Shown here piece by piece: positions 25,474 to 38,858 of a DNA stretch of 64,000 bases. The notes under the pieces are model-generated. The model was not told the DNA's origin. It searched no databases and saw only the letters and a program-made list of their open reading frames with translations. The DNA lies in contig LSRY02000031.1 in the NCBI GenBank assembly GCA_001643675.2, positions 930,001 to 994,000 on the forward strand, read 5' to 3'. The number at the start of each line of letters is the position of its first letter. The stretch's first letter is position 1. The position numbers and the translations under genes are program-made. Source of the stretch: Monocercomonoides exilis PA203 (taxonomy: Eukaryota; Protista; Preaxostyla).

Positions 25474-28400
25474 AAATTGGATTATAAGCGAGAGTTGAAT
25501 GATTTTTTGAAAAGAAAATTTGATGTTTTTTTTAATTAAAAAGAAACGAAAGATTGCTTTAAATGGAATTCATAAAATTCATTAACTTATTTATTTATAT
25601 TTTTCTTTTTCTTTTTCTTTTCTTTTCTTTTCTTATCTTTCTTTTTTCTTTCTTTCTTTTCTATTCTTTTCATCTTTTTCATAATTCACTTTTTTTTTAG
25701 CGCCTTCGGTGCAACTCTCTCGTTTTTCTCCCTCTCGAAGGCATCAGCTTCCTTCTGACTCCTTCGCCTATCAACAGAAACAGCCTCAATTGAATGTGTT
25801 CTCATCTTCTTTGTCTCCTTCTCTTTCTTCTTCCCCTTCCTCCTCTTCTTCTTCTCTTTACCCTTCCTCTCTTTATCCTTCTTCTTCTCTTTCTCCTTCT
25901 CCTTCTTCTTCTTCCTCTTCCTCTTCTTCTTTCCATTCGACAAGCAGAAGAAACAGCGATTGGGATGCTCAACTTCCTCTTCGGCGCAATTCTTCCATCG
26001 AAATGAATCAAAACCAACTTCAATCTTTTCTTTCTCCTTCTCCTTCTCCTTCTTCTTCTTCTTCTTCTCTTTCTCCTTCTCCTTCTTCATCTTCTTCTTC
26101 ATTTATTTCTTCTCCTTCTCCTTCTTCTTCTTCTTCTCTTTCTTCTCTTCCTCCTTCTCTTTCTTCTTCTGTTTCCTCAGCGATTTCAGCAGCGCTGGCG
26201 GAGCATCCGGAATTCGAAGGAAGAGAAATCGAACTTGTTATACAAGGAGAGGAAGGTATGTTTAGAGAAGAAGAAGAAGAAAGAGAAAGAAGAAGAAGAG
26301 AAGAAGAAGAGAGAGAAAGAGAAAGAGAAAGAAGAAGAGAAAGAGAAAGAGAAAGAGAAGAAAGAAATTCGATGTATAGCTACAAATTGAGAGGGCAGCT
26401 GAGCACAAGCAGAAGAGAATCAGTGAATGAAAACGGGATTTTGTTTGAAAATGAAAGAAAACGAAAGAAAGAAGAAGAAGAAGAAGAAGAAAGAGAAAGA
26501 GAAAGAGAAGAAGAAGAAATGAAGAAGAGGAAGAAGGAGAAAGAAAGAGAAAGAGAAAGAGAAAGAGAAAGAGAAAGAGAAAGAGAAAGAGAAAGAGAAA
26601 AGGAAGAAGAGAAGAAGAGAGAGAAAGAAAGGGAATATCAACTGGAACTGGAAAGGCTGAGGTTGAAGCAGAAAGAGTTGGAATATGAAATTGAGAAGGA
26701 AAAGCAGCTGGAAAGAGAAAGAGAGAAAATAAGAGAATTAGAAAGAATAAGAGGGAAAAGGGTGAGATTTGAAAAGGAAGAGAAAGAAGAAGAGAAAGAA
26801 GAGGAAGAGGAAGAAGAAGAGAAAGAGAAAGAAGAAGAAGAAGAAGAGAATAAAAAAAAGGAGGAAATGAAAGAAAAAGAGGAAAAAGAGGAGAAAAAAG
26901 AAGAAGTTTCAATAGATTCACAGAAAATTGAAAGGAAAGAAGAGAAAGAAGAGGAAAAACAACCAAAAGAGAAAGAAGAGAAAGAAGAAAGCGAAGAGTA
27001 TGAGTCATATGAAGAATCCGAATATGAAAGTGATGATGATGAAGATGAAGACGATGAAGACGAAGAAGAAAGATTGCCATCTTCTTCTTCTTCTTCTCGT
27101 CATTTCCTTCCAAAACAACCAAAAACCCAGCAAGTCACGTTTTCCTATCCCTTTTTGCGTCCAACGGATGGAGGGGTGAAAGTTTTGGATGGCGTTTTTG
27201 ACCCAAATTCACTCGTTTTCTATGCAAAAGGCAAGAAAGTTCCAAATCCAGCTGCTTTTAACCCGTCTGTGAAGATGCCAGGATATCCGGAAATGGCAGA
27301 GAAAGAAGAGAAAGAGGAGGAAGAGGAGGAAGAGGAAGAAAGAGAAGGGGAAGAGAAAGAAGAAGAAGGAGAAGGCCAAAAATCAAAAACATTAAAGAAA
27401 CGATCAACATCATCATTAATTCGTCAGCACAAAACAGATCTTGTCGTTCCATCGCTTTCTCCCGTCACGTTTTATCTTCCCTTTTTCGACCGCAAATTTC
27501 TCCATCTTTGCAAATGGCACTGTGTGCCCCGCCCGCAATACAAAACAAGCTGTGGCATTTCTTGCTTAACAGGCGTGTTTAACTATCTTTTCAGCTGCTT
27601 GGGCAGTGGTTCTCTTCCTCCCCTGACAACAGAGCAAGTGCTGGCGATTTTGGGCTTTACTCCGCCCTTTGGCGAGATCCACTTTGGGAAATTCACCGGC
27701 AATGGGACGCTGCTGATGTGGTTTATGAAGCTGTGTATGCATTTTGGGGTGAAAGGAAGGTGTGTCTATTTGTGGAAGCATAGCGGGGCGAACAAGACAG
27801 TTGGAGTGACTCCTGAAATGGCGCTGAGGCAGCTGAAAGAAGGGCTGAGGAGCGATAAGACGATGTTTATTTATCATTGGTGTGTGAGTGGAGGGGATGG
27901 AGGAAGTGTTGAAGGAAGAAAAAAAAAAGAAAAAAAAATGGGGGAGAGAGGGGAATAGATTGGGAAATTAGAAATGAATAAAAATATTTTATTGTTCTTT
28001 AACACTTTTCATCATTTAAAAATGCAATTTGCTTTTATTTTTTATCTTCTTTTTTTTGTTCTTTTATTTATTTATATCATTATGATTTTTCATAATTTAT
28101 CTCTTTCTCTTTCTCTTTCTCTTTCTCTTTCTCTTTCTCTTTCTCTTTCTCTTTCTCTTTCTCTTTCTCTTTCTCAGCCACAACCACTACATCACACCAG
28201 TTGGATACGAAGAGACGCCTCCACATGCAACATTGGCGTATGCGAAGGGAAATTTCACTGAAAACGACATTCCATCAATTGATAACACAGCATCTTCTGT
28301 GCCAAACAATCATTTGACTCAAAAAGAAAATGGAAGCGCTTCAACAGAGAAAGAAAATCTTTCTTCTTCTTCTTCTTCTTCTTCTCTTTCTCTTTCTTCT

Positions 28401-28919
28401 TCCCTTTCTTCTTCTTCTTCTTCTTCTCCCTCACAACCCTCTCCAATCGAGCCCAAAACAACCATCTTTCTCGCGGACACGAGTCGAACAAGCTCAGCTC
28501 TGCTGTCTGCGAAGTGGGAGAACATTGCCACAGACATTATGCTCCTACCTCCACAGCACTTCAACATTAGAAAGCCCTGGATAGGTGTGTACAAACTGGG
28601 GAAAAGCAACCCGTCACCAAAGGAACTGCAGAGCTTGAGGAAGGAGAAAGAGATTAAGAAGATGAATATGAAGATGAAGATGATGAAGAAGGGAGGGGTT
28701 GATGTGGTGGAGGAGGAGGAGGAGAAGGAGAAGGAGGAGAAGGAGGAGGAAGGAAACAAAAGGGAAGAAGAGCCAAATGCGAGAGAAGCTGATATTTCGA
28801 AGGGTAAACAAAAGCAAAAGAAAAATACTTCTCAGAAGAATAAATTATCTGGAAAGGAGAATGGAAAGAAACGTTCAATTGGAAGTCTTCATTGCATCTT
28901 AAAATTTTCGAAAATGTAA
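24217..28919 (+). CDS. BIVM: BIVM (basic immunoglobulin-like variable motif) homologue with long low-complexity N-terminus; exons 24217-25417, 25701-27879, 28178-28919
   Basis: Core WHCVPRPQYKTSCGISCL...LGFTPPF..I.FG.FTGN.TL..WF...NKT.G.T...IYHC/HNHYITPVGYE, C-terminal LHCILKF. Introns 25418-25700 and 27880-28177 restore frame. Confidence 0.88.
25432..25469. repeat. (GA)n microsatellite in BIVM intron 1
   Basis: Direct GA dinucleotide run. Confidence 0.9.
28100..28175. repeat. (TCTCTT)n hexamer repeat forming the polypyrimidine tract of BIVM intron 2
   Basis: About 12 units directly before the CAG acceptor at 28177. Confidence 0.9.
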
Positions 28920-29027
28920 CCCACTTTCCCCACTCATATAATTTTAAATATATTTTTTAGTTATTTTTTTTATTAAACAATTTTGGATTTTTTTTTTCTT
29001 AAATTTTCATATGCATCACAAAAGGCA

Positions 29028-29874
29028 ATGGGATTGATCACACTCAAAAAAAGAAATATTGTTCTCTTTTTAATAAAGTGCAGTTACTGGAACATTTGTT
29101 TTTTACCCTATTTTACTAATATTTTAGATTTCATGTATGAATTATGCATTTATTTTACATTGATTGTTATTTTGATTATTTATCAATTATTTTTTGCACA
29201 GGAAAATTGTTCCTTTATCGCATTCATGCTTTTTTAATACAAGCCATGAATTACTACACGATGAAGAATTTGAGGATCCTGAAAATTATATCGGATTTTA
29301 TCCAATACTATCAGAAGAAAACATAATATTTAATTCGGCAAGAATTCTGACATTTTATGTTTTTCAATTTTTTCCTCGAACTCTTCCCCCTCACTTTCTG
29401 TGGCATCTATTGATTTGCAGAAATCTACGAGATGTTTTGATGCTTTCTGCATATCCAAAAGGAATTGAATTTTTCGTAAAGATCCATAGATTTTTAACTT
29501 ATTTGATGCATATCGCAAGTATTTCGATTAAGGAAATGTGCCACGCAATTAGCCTTGTTGGAGACTTTGTTAAGAAAGAAAAGTACTACTATTTAGAAGG
29601 TGGTGTGTGCTGTGTATGCGATTCAACCATTGGAATGATTATTTTATGCGGTGTAATTGTCTCTTTGAAAATGAATAGAGAAACAGTTTTTAAGAATTCC
29701 AGTTGGAGTAGATTGCTCCATATCCCTCTCGAGTCTCTCAATGATAGTGAGAAGACTTTTTTGACGACTCTGATGTACAAAGCAACAATGAAATCAGAAA
29801 ATTACAAGTTAATTTTTTCGATGGTAACAAATGAGCCAATGCGTGCGTCAAAAACTCTTTATTATTCAATGTGA
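29028..29874 (+). CDS. Divergent cyclin-fold (PHO80/cyclin P/Y-like) protein; probable intron 29135-29201; start uncertain
   Basis: Cyclin-box-like pattern A...V..F...IILCGVIVSLKM..E..F.NSSW..LL.IPLE.LN..EK.FL..L.Y. A GTATGA...GCACAG intron joins ORFs 28983 and 29194 in frame. Confidence 0.55.
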
Positions 29875-30948
29875 GATCGATTATTTCTTATGATTTTTGT
29901 GAAAGTCTTCATATTCTTTGAACTTTATTTCCTGAATTGTTTTTATTGGGACTTCGTATTTTGTGTGAGGATTCTGAAAATTGAATGGTATTTTGTGAAA
30001 GTTTTTGCTTAAATGAACAATTTTTTTTTGTTTTGATGATGAATGTAATCTTGTTGCTTGATTTCAATGTTCTATTTTACAGTCTCAAATATTCATTATA
30101 AAAATTTATAATTATTTCTAATCTCACCAAAGATTACCAATAGTTATTTAAATTCGAAATTGAGCTTTCTTTTTTAAAGTTGGTTATTAAAACACTACAT
30201 GGACTAAAACAATAGTCGGTATAATTTCATTTCATTTTCTAAAAGATCATTTTTGAATTGAGATTTTTATAGAATAACTTTTTATTGAGCTCGTTTTGTT
30301 TTATAAGATGAATTGCACAATTTTTGTGTAATTGTGAAATTTTCGAAAATTTTTGAGATTCGTATATGTTATTTTGAAATAATCGGGTAATTTTGAAATT
30401 TTTCAGAAGAATTGAAAATAAGGCAGTTATTTTAAGTTCCACCAACAAATTTCAAGTAAAATTAAATTGTGGGAAAATCTTAATTTTTCACAATTTTATC
30501 CCCCTTTTTTATATAGCTAAAAGGATGTCAAAAAAAAAAATTGTTTTATTAATTCTATGAAAAAAGAAATTCACAATTAATAATGTTCAACAATTTGTAG
30601 ATAGAAAATTTTTGATTAGTTGCCAAAAAAATGTTCGAAAAATATTATTAGAAGAGTTTGGAGAAACAGGAAATAACAAGTCACAAACAAGTGGTGAAAA
30701 TGTTTTATTTGAGTGTATTTAATGATAGCAAAGATAACCTGACTACACTTCTCATGAATTCAGATGACATGTTAAAAAAGCATTCAAATAAAAATTTTCA
30801 GAAAAAGAAACAATTGAGATAATTAAATTGTATTTCTAGGCATTGGAAAACTGTTAGTGCTCAAAGAATTTGACATTTTACTTATCAATTTTCTTTCTGA
30901 ACAAGCTTTTGAGTTGATCTCCTTTATCAATTTTTTTTCCATCTCTTT

Positions 30949-33111
30949 TCAGATGGAGTATTCTGTCGCTTTTCGATAGAATACTCCATCAGCTGGTTCC
31001 AAAGAATTGCATTCAATAACGATGTTGGTTAGCCAACATGCTATTTTTGCATCTGCATCAATATTCTGTTTTCCACCTGTATTCTTATCCGACAGTCTGA
31101 GCCATAACTTTTTAAGTCTGCCAAAAAACCATTCCACTGGGATTCTGAACTTTGCTAGACTTTTATTGAAATTTTCGATTGACTTTTCCATTCTGTCTTG
31201 AGATTGACTTTTGTTGCAAGTGGAAGAAGTCATAGAATTACTTGCATTTGAAGAAGGAAGAGGAGGGTGTGATGCGCAGGGATGAATTGTATTGTTGTTT
31301 GAGCTTGAAGTTATAAAATACGTGTTTGTGGAATTCTGTGAACATGAATTCGGAACAGGTGAAAAAGCCAAAGAAAAAGAAGAATTGAGAATTGAAGAAG
31401 GGGATCGAGGATTTGAACTTGTCAACGAAGCGAGATGAACTGAAGATGAAGGAGAAAAAAGTGAAGAAGGAGAAGGAGATTGATTTTGATTCGTGAAACT
31501 TGATTTTGAGAGAGGCAAGAATGCAGACGATGAATTTGATATGGAAGATAAAGAAAAAGATTGAGGCATTTCAGATGCTGAACATGAGACAGCAGAAGAC
31601 GTTGTGGAAATTTCAGAATTCAAAGAGTTGAACGAAGAATCTGATGAATATATAACCTCAGCAGATTCAAATGAAGTTGAAGATGAAATATCATCAGAGA
31701 TAGTTGAAGAAGCAGAAGGAGAGCAAGAGGAAGAAGAAGTTTCTAATGAAAATGACGAAGCCAAAGAAGGAGAGGAAGCAGAAGATGTGGATGCAGAAGA
31801 TGAGCTCAACGATGAGTTGAATGGAAAAGAATAAGGAGATGAACATGAAATGAATGTTGAAGGGGTCAAACATAATTTTCTTTGAAATGAAGATAATTTG
31901 CTGTTCGTAGAGTGTTTTTTAATTGGTGTTTTGACATCGATATCCGTGAAATGACCCTGGTAGCCTTTGTCTGCAACAATTGCCCATCTGTCTGTGTAAA
32001 GAGTGCAGAAATATTTTTCTTTTTCTTTGTCAGCCATCTTCAAATATTGAACACATCTTTCTTTTCCTTCACGATACAGTGCCACATCATGAACACCTCC
32101 CATTACTGCATTTGACACAAATAAAGCTTTATGAGGATGCAACGCGGAAACAGCAACTTCAAATTTCAGACTGCAAACTTGATGGTGTCCATCGTATAGT
32201 AGCTTTGAATCTTCAAATGGAATTGGAGGAGTTGAAACTTTGATAGTTGTCGCATCAACCAAAAGAGCAACTTGTGGATAGTCTTCATTCAAAGGCGATT
32301 GAGGTCTTGGAGGATTGATGAACATCTTTTCCAGTGCATTTAATAAAAATGGTCTTATGTTCTTGATCGAATTGCAAGTCATTGATTCTGAAATTCCAAG
32401 AGAAAAGGCAATCCTTTTAAACGTTGTTTTGCTAGAAAGCCATTCCAAACAAACAACAATTTCGTCATGTGTTGTCAATCTTTTCTTTGGACCCTGTTTT
32501 GGAATTGAGCTTATTTCTGATTGAACCAAGTTGCCTAATTCAATAAGAAAGTCAATTGTTTGCCGAAGATGTTCATCATCTGGGTTATTCAATTGAGAAT
32601 CAAAAAGAACTCCGTAGGTTTCACTATCATCCTCATTTTTTTCGGTGTGAATTTCCATTTGATTTATTTCTTCAAGTTGTAAATCTCTTCTCTCTTTCAA
32701 TGAATTGAAATCTGGTAATTTATTTCTTTTTGAAGCAATTTTTCCTTTTTTCTTCTTTGGTTTTGTTTCATTGCTTGAAGCATTCAACTGTTCAGGCTTG
32801 CCCCTCATCTCAGATTTTGCCGCCTTCGATAATTCAGTTGGAGAATTGTCAGAATTGTCAGAAGAGGAATATTGATCTCGCTCTTCTGATTCTCTTCTGT
32901 TGAAGCAAACCGAATCAGTTTTCCGTTTTGATGGAGTGTAGTCCGAAAGTGAGTTTGAATCTAATTGATCTTTGTCTATTGAAGTGTTTTGTATCACTGT
33001 TGCTTCGATACCACTTGTTGAGCAGTCTTCATGACTTACATTTATATTTTGGGGAATAGTTTGTCTGCAAATAATTCTACAAAAAATTTCCAATGGAATG
33101 ACTTTCAACAA
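30949..33111 (-). mobile_element. PIF/Harbinger-ISL2EU (IS5-like, DDE_Tnp_4) transposase with HTH and a ~240-aa Ser-rich insertion; 5' end uncertain
   Basis: HTH (CLEWL....TFKRIAFSLGISES), VDAT, YDGHH, VHD, IVADKGY, TPIKK, R.PVEWFFGRLK: D-D-E intact in an open frame. No TIRs identified. Confidence 0.85.
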
Positions 33112-34139
33112 ACCTCAAATCTCTAATTTCGTTGCTTTTTTCCAGCAACCCAAAGAATATTGTACCAAATAAAGATGAGGGGAATAGCTGTTGTGTTGTT
33201 ACTGTTTGATATAATGAAATTAATGGGAATAAATCATGAAACTTGCTCTTTCATACATGACTTTTGATACATTTAAGATATAATGTGAATGATGAATATT
33301 CAAAAAAATGTTTGAAGAAACAGTTAGTTTTATTCACTTTTCTATCTTTTCTTTCTATCTTTCTTTTTTTGAAATATCGATTTCAATAGTGAACAAAAAT
33401 ATGAAAATAATTTGTGACTTTCATTTCTTGTGTAACCATGAATGCAATCATTGAAAACAATTATTAATAAATCGAAGCAGTGCCTTCAATGAAACAAATG
33501 ACATTCTATGCCTTTTAATGAATAAAAAACTGACAAAAACCGATGATTGAAAAGAATAAATCGGCGTTGTCGTCCGATTCAGAAAGTTGGTTTCCGTTGA
33601 ACCGCAACAGATTTGATCCAAAAATGAACAGATCAAATCCATGGAAATGATTTTCCACTGGATAAAGAAGAAAAGAAGCAAATTTTCACAAGCGATCTGC
33701 TGATTTTTTGTTTCTTTTTAAATTAATGGCTTTCTTTTACTGTTATATCTCTTCACGAGGCAATCAAATCACTGTGTATGGATCGTATGGTCGTTTGAAT
33801 AATTTGAGCTAAATGTGAAAATATGTTCAAAGTCATATTGAACAAAATGTAGATTGAAAAAAAAAACAATTAATTTTTGAATCGTTCTATCAGCAATTAG
33901 ACACAAGTTACAGGATTTGGAGCTTTTCACAGTCAAGAAATAAAATTAAACAATACGCAGTTTTGTTAAACTATATTTTCCATGGAGAACGAGCATACAA
34001 ACCTTTTGCCTAAAGATTTTATTGAAATCAACTTTATCCATCACGTCTCGAATCCTTCAAAATACAACTTGACATTATTTGAAATTTCAAATTTTGCTAT
34101 ATAAAAAGGTTCTGAAATGTCTTTCACATCTTTTTTGCT

Positions 34140-36480
34140 CATGCTGCATACAGATCAGCCTTTCCATTCCGAAGGCAATGAAGCGAAGATATGAAAGTGA
34201 CATGGGTGTATGATCGGTGCATTCCGCAGTCACTGCGTGCTCTGCAGACACTGTGAAGGGTATGCTGTGGTGCTTTCAGTGACACTTTCAGTTTCGCTGG
34301 TGAAACAACATCTTTAACTTGCAGTGTTGGTGGATTCGTTGTTGGCGAGAATGTGGATCTTTGAACCGAATAGCGTGAAGAAGTTTGGTTAGATCTACGA
34401 TATGTTTCGTCCTTTTAAGTTGTTACCATACACAGTGCGGCTGGTGTTCCGATCTGCACAGTCGAGAAGCGTGATAGTGAAGGTTGGCGACGAAGTGATT
34501 ATGTGAGGAGTAGCAGAGAATGAAGTGTGGAAGATAGAGGAGATTGTTGTGGAACTGGCGAGGAAGATTCTGGAGCTGAGCCAGAAACCCAATGCAAAGG
34601 TGAAGGAGCTGATGGAGCAGCTGGTGGAGATGAAGAAGAACATAGAGCTCAGCAAGGAGGAGTGGTGAGTGTGGTATGCAAACAGATACTAATGGTTTGG
34701 TAATGCATGCTGCCATGCTTTTTTCATTGGTATCTGCATAGTGCGGGATGGTTTAATCTTTGGCTTTGTTGATTCTGCAGTTGGGGCTGTGTGAAAAGCA
34801 CGAGGAGAAGATTGCAGAAATTATTAAAAATGGAAGTGCTGTGGTCCTTGTGGAATACACAAGCGGAAAAGGAGTTTTTGTGAAGTTGGGCGTTGGGTGA
34901 GTTTCGATGGAGAAGTTAACTGATGTGGAGGAGAAGATGAAAGGAAAGGAGCAAATTCTGGGATCATCGAAAGATCGGAGAAGAACAGTGCTGGGGCCAA
35001 TGGTGGTGGTGGAGGTGGTGAAGGAGGAGTGGAAGCAAGTGTGCTGCAGAAGATGAACAAGATGGAGAAGGAATCAAAGATGCTGATGGAGCTGTCGAAA
35101 GTGTAGGAGCAGACCATAATTGAGAAGAAGGTGCTGTTCAATAATGTGATAAAAAAGCTAAAGACGGGGTTAGTGCAAAGCGAGTAAAAGCAGAAGAAAA
35201 TGAAGGCGTCGTATGAAGAGAAGGTTGAGCGGCTGGTTGGGCAGGAAAAGGAGCAGGAGGAGCTGGTGTTGCTGGGAAACTTTGACATGGAAAGGGATTG
35301 AGAGGCAGAGGAGAAAGGGGGGAGAGGGAGGGATGGGGCGGGGAGGCGAAGGAAATGAAGAAAAAGAAGAGGAAGAAGAAGAAAAAGAAGAGGAAGAAGA
35401 GTGTGTAAATGCAGAAAAAAGAGATGAAAGTGAGCTGAATGTGATTCAGCTGTCTACGCACTACGATGCGAAGAGAGAGCGAAGAACTAAATGCATGCAG
35501 CAACTCCAACAGGGGAATTGAAAGAGACAGGGAAGGCAACTGTTGTTCAGTGGCTGGGAAAGAAGCATGCAGAGCAGAAGAAGGGTGAGGCTGAATGATG
35601 GGAGAAGATCCACAGGGAAAAAAATTCCGGAAGTTTTTTGCGGATGTGTGGCTGTTCGGGAGGTTCATGTGCTAGAAGTTCACCGAAGATGAGCAATCAT
35701 TTTTATTGTTTTTCAACATCATGCTGTTGAAGATACGTTGGAGAAGAAGATATAGATGTTTTCTAAGGTGTTAAAATGGTTGAAGTTGGAGAAGGTGAGG
35801 GCAGAGTCATCTGCATGTCTCGAATATTTTTTGAACTACAACCAGACAGAAGCAGCGAAGCGGAAGGAGGTGATAAAAGCTCTGCATGATTTCATATTTT
35901 GTTTCGATATGTTTTCTTCTTCGTGTTTGTCATCAGGAGAAGCTTGCAGAAAGATCACATCTGTTCAAATGAAATCTCTTCTGTGTATGTGCAATCCACA
36001 GATTGCACAGGCGCTGTTGCTTTGGACCTTCCGAGATGCATTCAGGCTGTCTGTGTGCTGTCCGCCTTCGTTTGCAAGGTATTGGAAGCATTCAAATATA
36101 ACGACTTCTTCAAATTGTGTCTCGGACAATCGGATATGTGCAATGCAACTCACTGGAGAGTTCCTCTAACGTTGAAAGAATATAGAGTGATTACAAGGAG
36201 TGAAAGCAGAAACCGCAATGCACGGTGAGTGTGCTTTCTGTAGCATCTGCGTGAAAATGGATGAGAGCGTTGGTTGGGCTGAGATGGTGAGTGGATGCTG
36301 TGCAGTTAGCTGTGGTGAAGAAAGAAGGGCAGAGGGAACCAAACCAAATGGTGCGGCTGCTAGTGGCATTGGTGGGGTTGCAGCTGAAGAGAAATGAGGA
36401 AGAAGTGTTGATATGCTTTGGGACGCTGCTGTGGGACGGACAGTGAGTAATGAAGTTTCACGAGACAATAACATAAAAGA
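34140..36480 (+). pseudogene. Decayed coding sequence, possibly a Zn-finger (B-box/RING) plus coiled-coil gene
   Basis: Coding-like GC content and G/A bias with many stops. Fragments HCVLCRHC, LCEKHEEK..CCGPCGIH and Glu/Lys-rich heptads. Confidence 0.35.
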
Positions 36481-36899
36481 GGGAGAAGGAATTTTATCTT
36501 GCATAGCTACATCGCTATAAGATTATTATCGTCATTGTTTTTGTCTGAAGTTTCAAGAATTGGTGATCAACAACATGTTGCTGTTCTTCGAGTCATCATA
36601 AAATGTGATTTATCATTTGACTCTCACCTAGCATTTTCATCAGTGTTGTCATCTTCATTGTTGCATTCTTTTTTTCATTTTTCTTTCTCTTTAATCTCCT
36701 GTTTCTTATGGCAGTCATTTTCATTCGAAAAATTGTTCGACTGTAATAAATATATCTCGAATCTTGAGAAAGCATTGTTTTCTTTCATTTGATTTCCTTC
36801 AAAAAGGCAGGAAATGTTGAAGAAAAAGAATAAAAAATGAGGAAGAAGAAGAAGAAGAAGAAAAGATGATGACGACTAAAAATGTTTGAAAATTGTTTA

Positions 36900-38470
36900 T
36901 CTGTCGGATTGACTGAAATTTGATTAAGCATTTAGTTTTCCCCAAAAGAGATCAGGAGAAGAGATGGAATCATCAGTTATGGAATAGAAATGGAAGTAAA
37001 GACAAATGCTAGAGAAAGCTAGCCCAGATGATGTGAAATTATTAAAATGGCCGTTATCCGAAGAAATTCAATCTGCAACAAATTGCACATTGTTGGCGTT
37101 TAACTGGAGAACATGAGCAGATGATAACGGAGCTGTAGCTAATGGAACTTTCATATAGGGTTCGCAGAAAACTGTAGACTTAGTGAGAAAAGAGTTGTGC
37201 AGTATCCTGTTCCAACATTATTAGTTCCATTCTTCTCAAATACTCTTAAGTCATTAATATTCACATTTTTTAAGCCATGCTCTTGAGCAAGTTCCTGTTG
37301 AAACTGAAATGAAAAAAACATTAGCTGCTTCAATTTTTGCCTGGACAGTTGCGCTCACATTTCTTTGTCCATATATCACATTAGCATTGGTATCGAAGTC
37401 AACATTTCTTATTTCTATCATTGTTTCTGCTAATATCTGGACTTCATATGAACAACCTGGAATAAATTGAGCAAAACAATGGCTGACAGTGTTATGCGGA
37501 TAGCTTTCATTGATCCCACATGAAAAAGTGCCTTTGGAATTTGGCTGGGGGGCAGTTGAAAAAATAAATCTGGTTCTTCCTCTAGCATTATAAAGCCATT
37601 CACTTTTGTCAATGATTGAACCCGAGTTTGCGCTAACTCTGTTTTCTGTTTGTCCGTTTGAATAACAGTTTGGATGAACGTTGTTTAGCGAAAAGTCTTG
37701 AAGAAGAATGTCATGTCCACCTTTCACAAATGAGTTATAGCGGAAAAAACAGGAGAAAAATTAAATTACTTTATACACTGCATTGATTTGTGAGCCAGTG
37801 GCACCTATGCTGTCATCGAAAAGCAGATGCAAAATAGGGAGTAAAACATTAAGACTTTGTCCATTGAAAGCCAATGCTCAATTGCACTGCCTCCAGAGCC
37901 AGATGAGTTAAGCGCACTTCAGTTGAAAAAAAAACTAATTAATAACACATTTCTTCTGTCTCTCGTTTCTCTTTGCACGCAGATCAATTGCCCCTCCGTT
38001 GTTGCAGAAAGAGTAATTTTGAAAGGAGCAATCATAAACCACTTGATGTGTATTGATATTTTCAAACTGAATTCCTTCACCACCGCAACCATCTGAACTT
38101 GCTTTTTCTGGAGAACATTGCGTTAATGTGGTCTGGAGTAAAATACATTCTGCTATCTTCAATGCATCTATTCCTCCACATCCTGAAGAAGAAGCATTAC
38201 ATTTAGCAAAAGACGAATTTTCAATCTAAAGAACGGTTTTTTCACAGTCTTGGAAATAAAGTGCACCTCCTTGTTGCGATGTGTAACCAATTCATTTCCA
38301 TAATGAGATGGACAAACTTTCTGTTGCATCCATTTTGTTTTCCCTTGTATTTGAGGATTATTCAATTCTCTTTCACCTTGAGAGAAGTATTTTTCATTTG
38401 AATTGCTCTAACCAAGATAAACAGTTAAAATGAATGAATAAGTTTTTTCAAATCTGAATAATTTTTCAAT
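36900..38470 (-). pseudogene. Decayed fragment of the beta-helix surface-protein family (paralogue of 5005-12780)
   Basis: Broken ORFs with GCGG.GI, NNGGAIDL, GSGGSAIE, KGGHDI, and RFI...TFSCGINESYPHNTVSHC, matching RFV...TFSCGLNESCACLTISHC of the intact gene. Confidence 0.75.
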
Positions 38471-38603
38471 GTTCAAACTTGTGAAACGCATTGTCCCTCA
38501 TATATCTTGTTCAGAAACTTTCGTGAAAAAATGCAACAAATCTTATGTTCCCAGAAAACAAATATTTTGATTGATCAAAAAATAACACAAAAAATTAATA
38601 TCT

Positions 38604-38858
38604 GGGTGTTTATTTTTGAAATCATAACTTTTTTCGGAGTGACGTTTTTTTAAAGGTTGTTTGTCATTGGGTAGAGATTTCGTATTCAAATGCCAAATAC
38701 AGCACGAATGTTTTATTAACAAATGTATTTGCAGATATTAATATGAAGATGTCTTCAATAAACCATTTCATATTTCATAGTTCATTTATTAATGAAAAAG
38801 GAAATTTTTTGTTCCCAAATTATTGAATGAAAAAATATGATTCCAAAAATAATCACCC
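38604..38858. mobile_element. MITE family C copy (255 bp)
   Basis: About 28-bp imperfect TIR GGGTG(A/T)TTATTTTTG.AATCATA..TTTT; ATCT on both flanks. Confidence 0.85.

Noticed and set aside
25686-28902. Alternative-frame and antisense ORFs rich in K/E/R or L/F/S
   Set aside because: Artefacts of stop-free purine/pyrimidine microsatellites within BIVM.
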